DNA of 64,000 nucleotides from NCBI GenBank assembly GCA_038087875.1, contig CM075989.1, positions 11,346,001 to 11,410,000 of the forward strand, in the 5' to 3' direction. The first letter of the stretch is position 1; every line of letters begins with the position of its first letter. Position numbers and translations under genes: made by a program. This document shows, piece after piece, positions 62,000 through 64,000 of the stretch. Origin of the DNA: Malacoraja senta (taxonomy: Eukaryota). Under the pieces are notes generated by a model. The model did not search any database, was not told where the DNA came from, and worked only from the letters and a program-made list of their open reading frames with translations.

Positions 62000-63620
62000 A
62001 GTCCCTCAGGATCAAGGATGACTTTTTTTTAACTGCAGTTCTGTGGGCTGTGAAGTGACTGATGGGTCAAATGTAAGAAGCAAGAGGAGCTTAAACTTGA
62101 GAGTCACCACTTATGAACAGGTGCCATGTTGGATAGGTTGGCAGAAGGTGATACACTTGCAGGATACCCAGCATCTGACCTTCCCTTGTGGCCATAGTAT
62201 TTATGTGGTTGATCCCACAGAGATGTTGTCCAATGGTAATCTCTGGGATAACAATGGAGGGGAACTCAGCAATGGTAATGCTACTGAATGGTAATGCCTC
62301 TGAAGTGGTAAGATTCTTTATTGCTGGTGATGGACATTGACTGGCACATTTATTACTTGCCCATGAGCCCATGCCCGAATGTCATCTCAGTCTTGCTGCA
62401 AGAAATGCTTCATTGGCTGTGGAATTGTGAATATAATTGAAAATAGACCATGAATGAGCAGCCCAACATCTGACCATAGGATGGAAGGAAGGTCATTGAT
62501 GAAGCAGCAGAAGGTGTTTGAGCCCAGGACATTGTCCCGAGAAGCTCCTGCAGTGAAATCCTGGGATTGGGCCGATTGCTCACCAACAACCACAACAATC
62601 TTCCTTTGTCCAAGTTATAACACAAGCCATTGAAGTGTTTTCCCTTTGATGCCCATTCACCTGCTTTATCAGTGCATCTTGATGCAACTCTTGGACAGTG
62701 CTTGATTTTAAGGGCATTTTCTCTCACACAAGCTCTGTATTTCAGCTCTTTGCACCATGTTTGCGAAGAGATCTGGAACTGAATGATCCTGTGACCATTT
62801 AAATTGGGCATCTCTAAGCAGGTTATTGGTGAGTTAGCAATGTTGCCCATGGTATCATCGACTTGCTGATGACAGAGGTTGGCAGTACAGATCAAGATTG
62901 GAATTGTCTTTCTTTTTGTCGAAAGACCTGCCTGGACAAATTTCCGGGTAGATTCGTATTGTAACTGTCCTGGAACAATTGTTTACAGTTGCAGATAGTT
63001 CTGTAGTAAAGCTATTCAGTGCTCTAGCTGGTATGTTGTCTGGTCCAGTAGACTTTTCTGTATCTAGTATTCTCAGCTGATCTTTGATAACACATGGAAC
63101 GAACTGAAGTAGCTGGTCATGGGCTGCGCACCTCAGGAGTAAAGCAAAATGGCACTTCTCGGTGAACATGTTTACAAAGGTTTCTGGTTTCTCTTTGGCA
63201 ATCACATGCTGGGCCCTGTCATCGTTGAAGATGGGAGATATTCTTGAAAGCCCCTTCTTCCATAAGCTGTTCACCACCATTCACCCATCCTGGTCTCAGC
63301 AGAGTACAGATGGGCAAGTTTCACTGCTGCCCAGTAGACCACAAGTACTGAGCCAAATGTGAGGTCTTTAGCCACAAATGACTAAAAGCTGTGCTGCTGC
63401 ACTGAAGACAATGGTAAATTTCTTCATCAATGCAAGGTGGCTGCTGAGATATGGGAAACAGTCCATGTTTTTTGGAGTTTTATGTCAACCTTTGCATCGC
63501 ACTTCATCTGGGTACTGAAGCTTGATAACTTGATTTTGGTGACCTTGTTTCTAGAGTGGATGAAATGTAGGTTGCTTAGCTCCACTGGAAGTAAGGAACA
63601 TCATTGTGGCAAGAAAGTCT
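62000..63620 (-). mobile_element. Old CR1/L2-clade LINE RT relic
   Basis: KSTGPDNIP and VLG...FCCFINDLP motifs with frameshifts. Confidence 0.7.
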
Positions 63621-64000
63621 GAGAAAAAAGTGCTGGGCCAAAGATGTTTGAACGTGATCTTAACCAAGGGATCTACATTAGATCCAGTCTCAGGGCAAAC
63701 TGGTGTCTTGGTCGGTAATCTGTAACTCTGTAGCCCCTACTCCCTCTCTGTAAGTGAAAACACGTTTCATTTAACTTTCCTTTGTGCCTTTGAAAGACTG
63801 TCTACCTGAGATGTAAACCCTATCTCTTTCTTTACAGACCTGCTGAGAAATGTCAATATTTTATGATTTTATAACATATCCCCTTATTCTTTTCCCCAAA
63901 ACGTGTTTATACAGCTTCCACTGAAAAACATCTTCGTTATTCACCTCAACTATTCCCTGTGGAAATGAGCTGCATGTTATTTATTCTTTGAATAAATACA

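Overview
Eukaryotic (vertebrate) genomic DNA. The repeat landscape (HE1/V-SINE-like tRNA SINEs, CR1, Rex1/Babar and many Penelope-type termini) points to a cartilaginous fish, probably a skate or ray; this is inference. Two genes lie in tandem on the minus strand. (1) A stereocilin (STRC) gene. I traced 26 coding exons by hand from 44700 down to 1540, all with GT-AG boundaries and consistent phases, giving 6240 nt or 2080 codons. The last exon(s) probably lie left of the window, and a probable non-coding first exon ends at 45899. (2) The last two coding exons and 3' UTR of CTDSPL2 (59058-57100). The giant STRC exon 4 (2440 nt) is strongly GC/CpG-rich and encodes 8 tandem copies of a four-cysteine module (C-x-Y-x2-W...C-x3-D-x3-F...C...W[LV]-x3-C); as I recall it, mammalian stereocilin keeps only degenerate traces of this module. 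The introns carry many short Penelope-derived elements with a minimal hammerhead-ribozyme core, some as TSD-flanked foldbacks. They also hold a non-autonomous Helitron, two PIF/Harbinger MITEs and LINE/SINE relics, and a dead Tc1 lies just upstream of STRC. Homology statements come from my recall of human proteins and repeat families, not from database searches.
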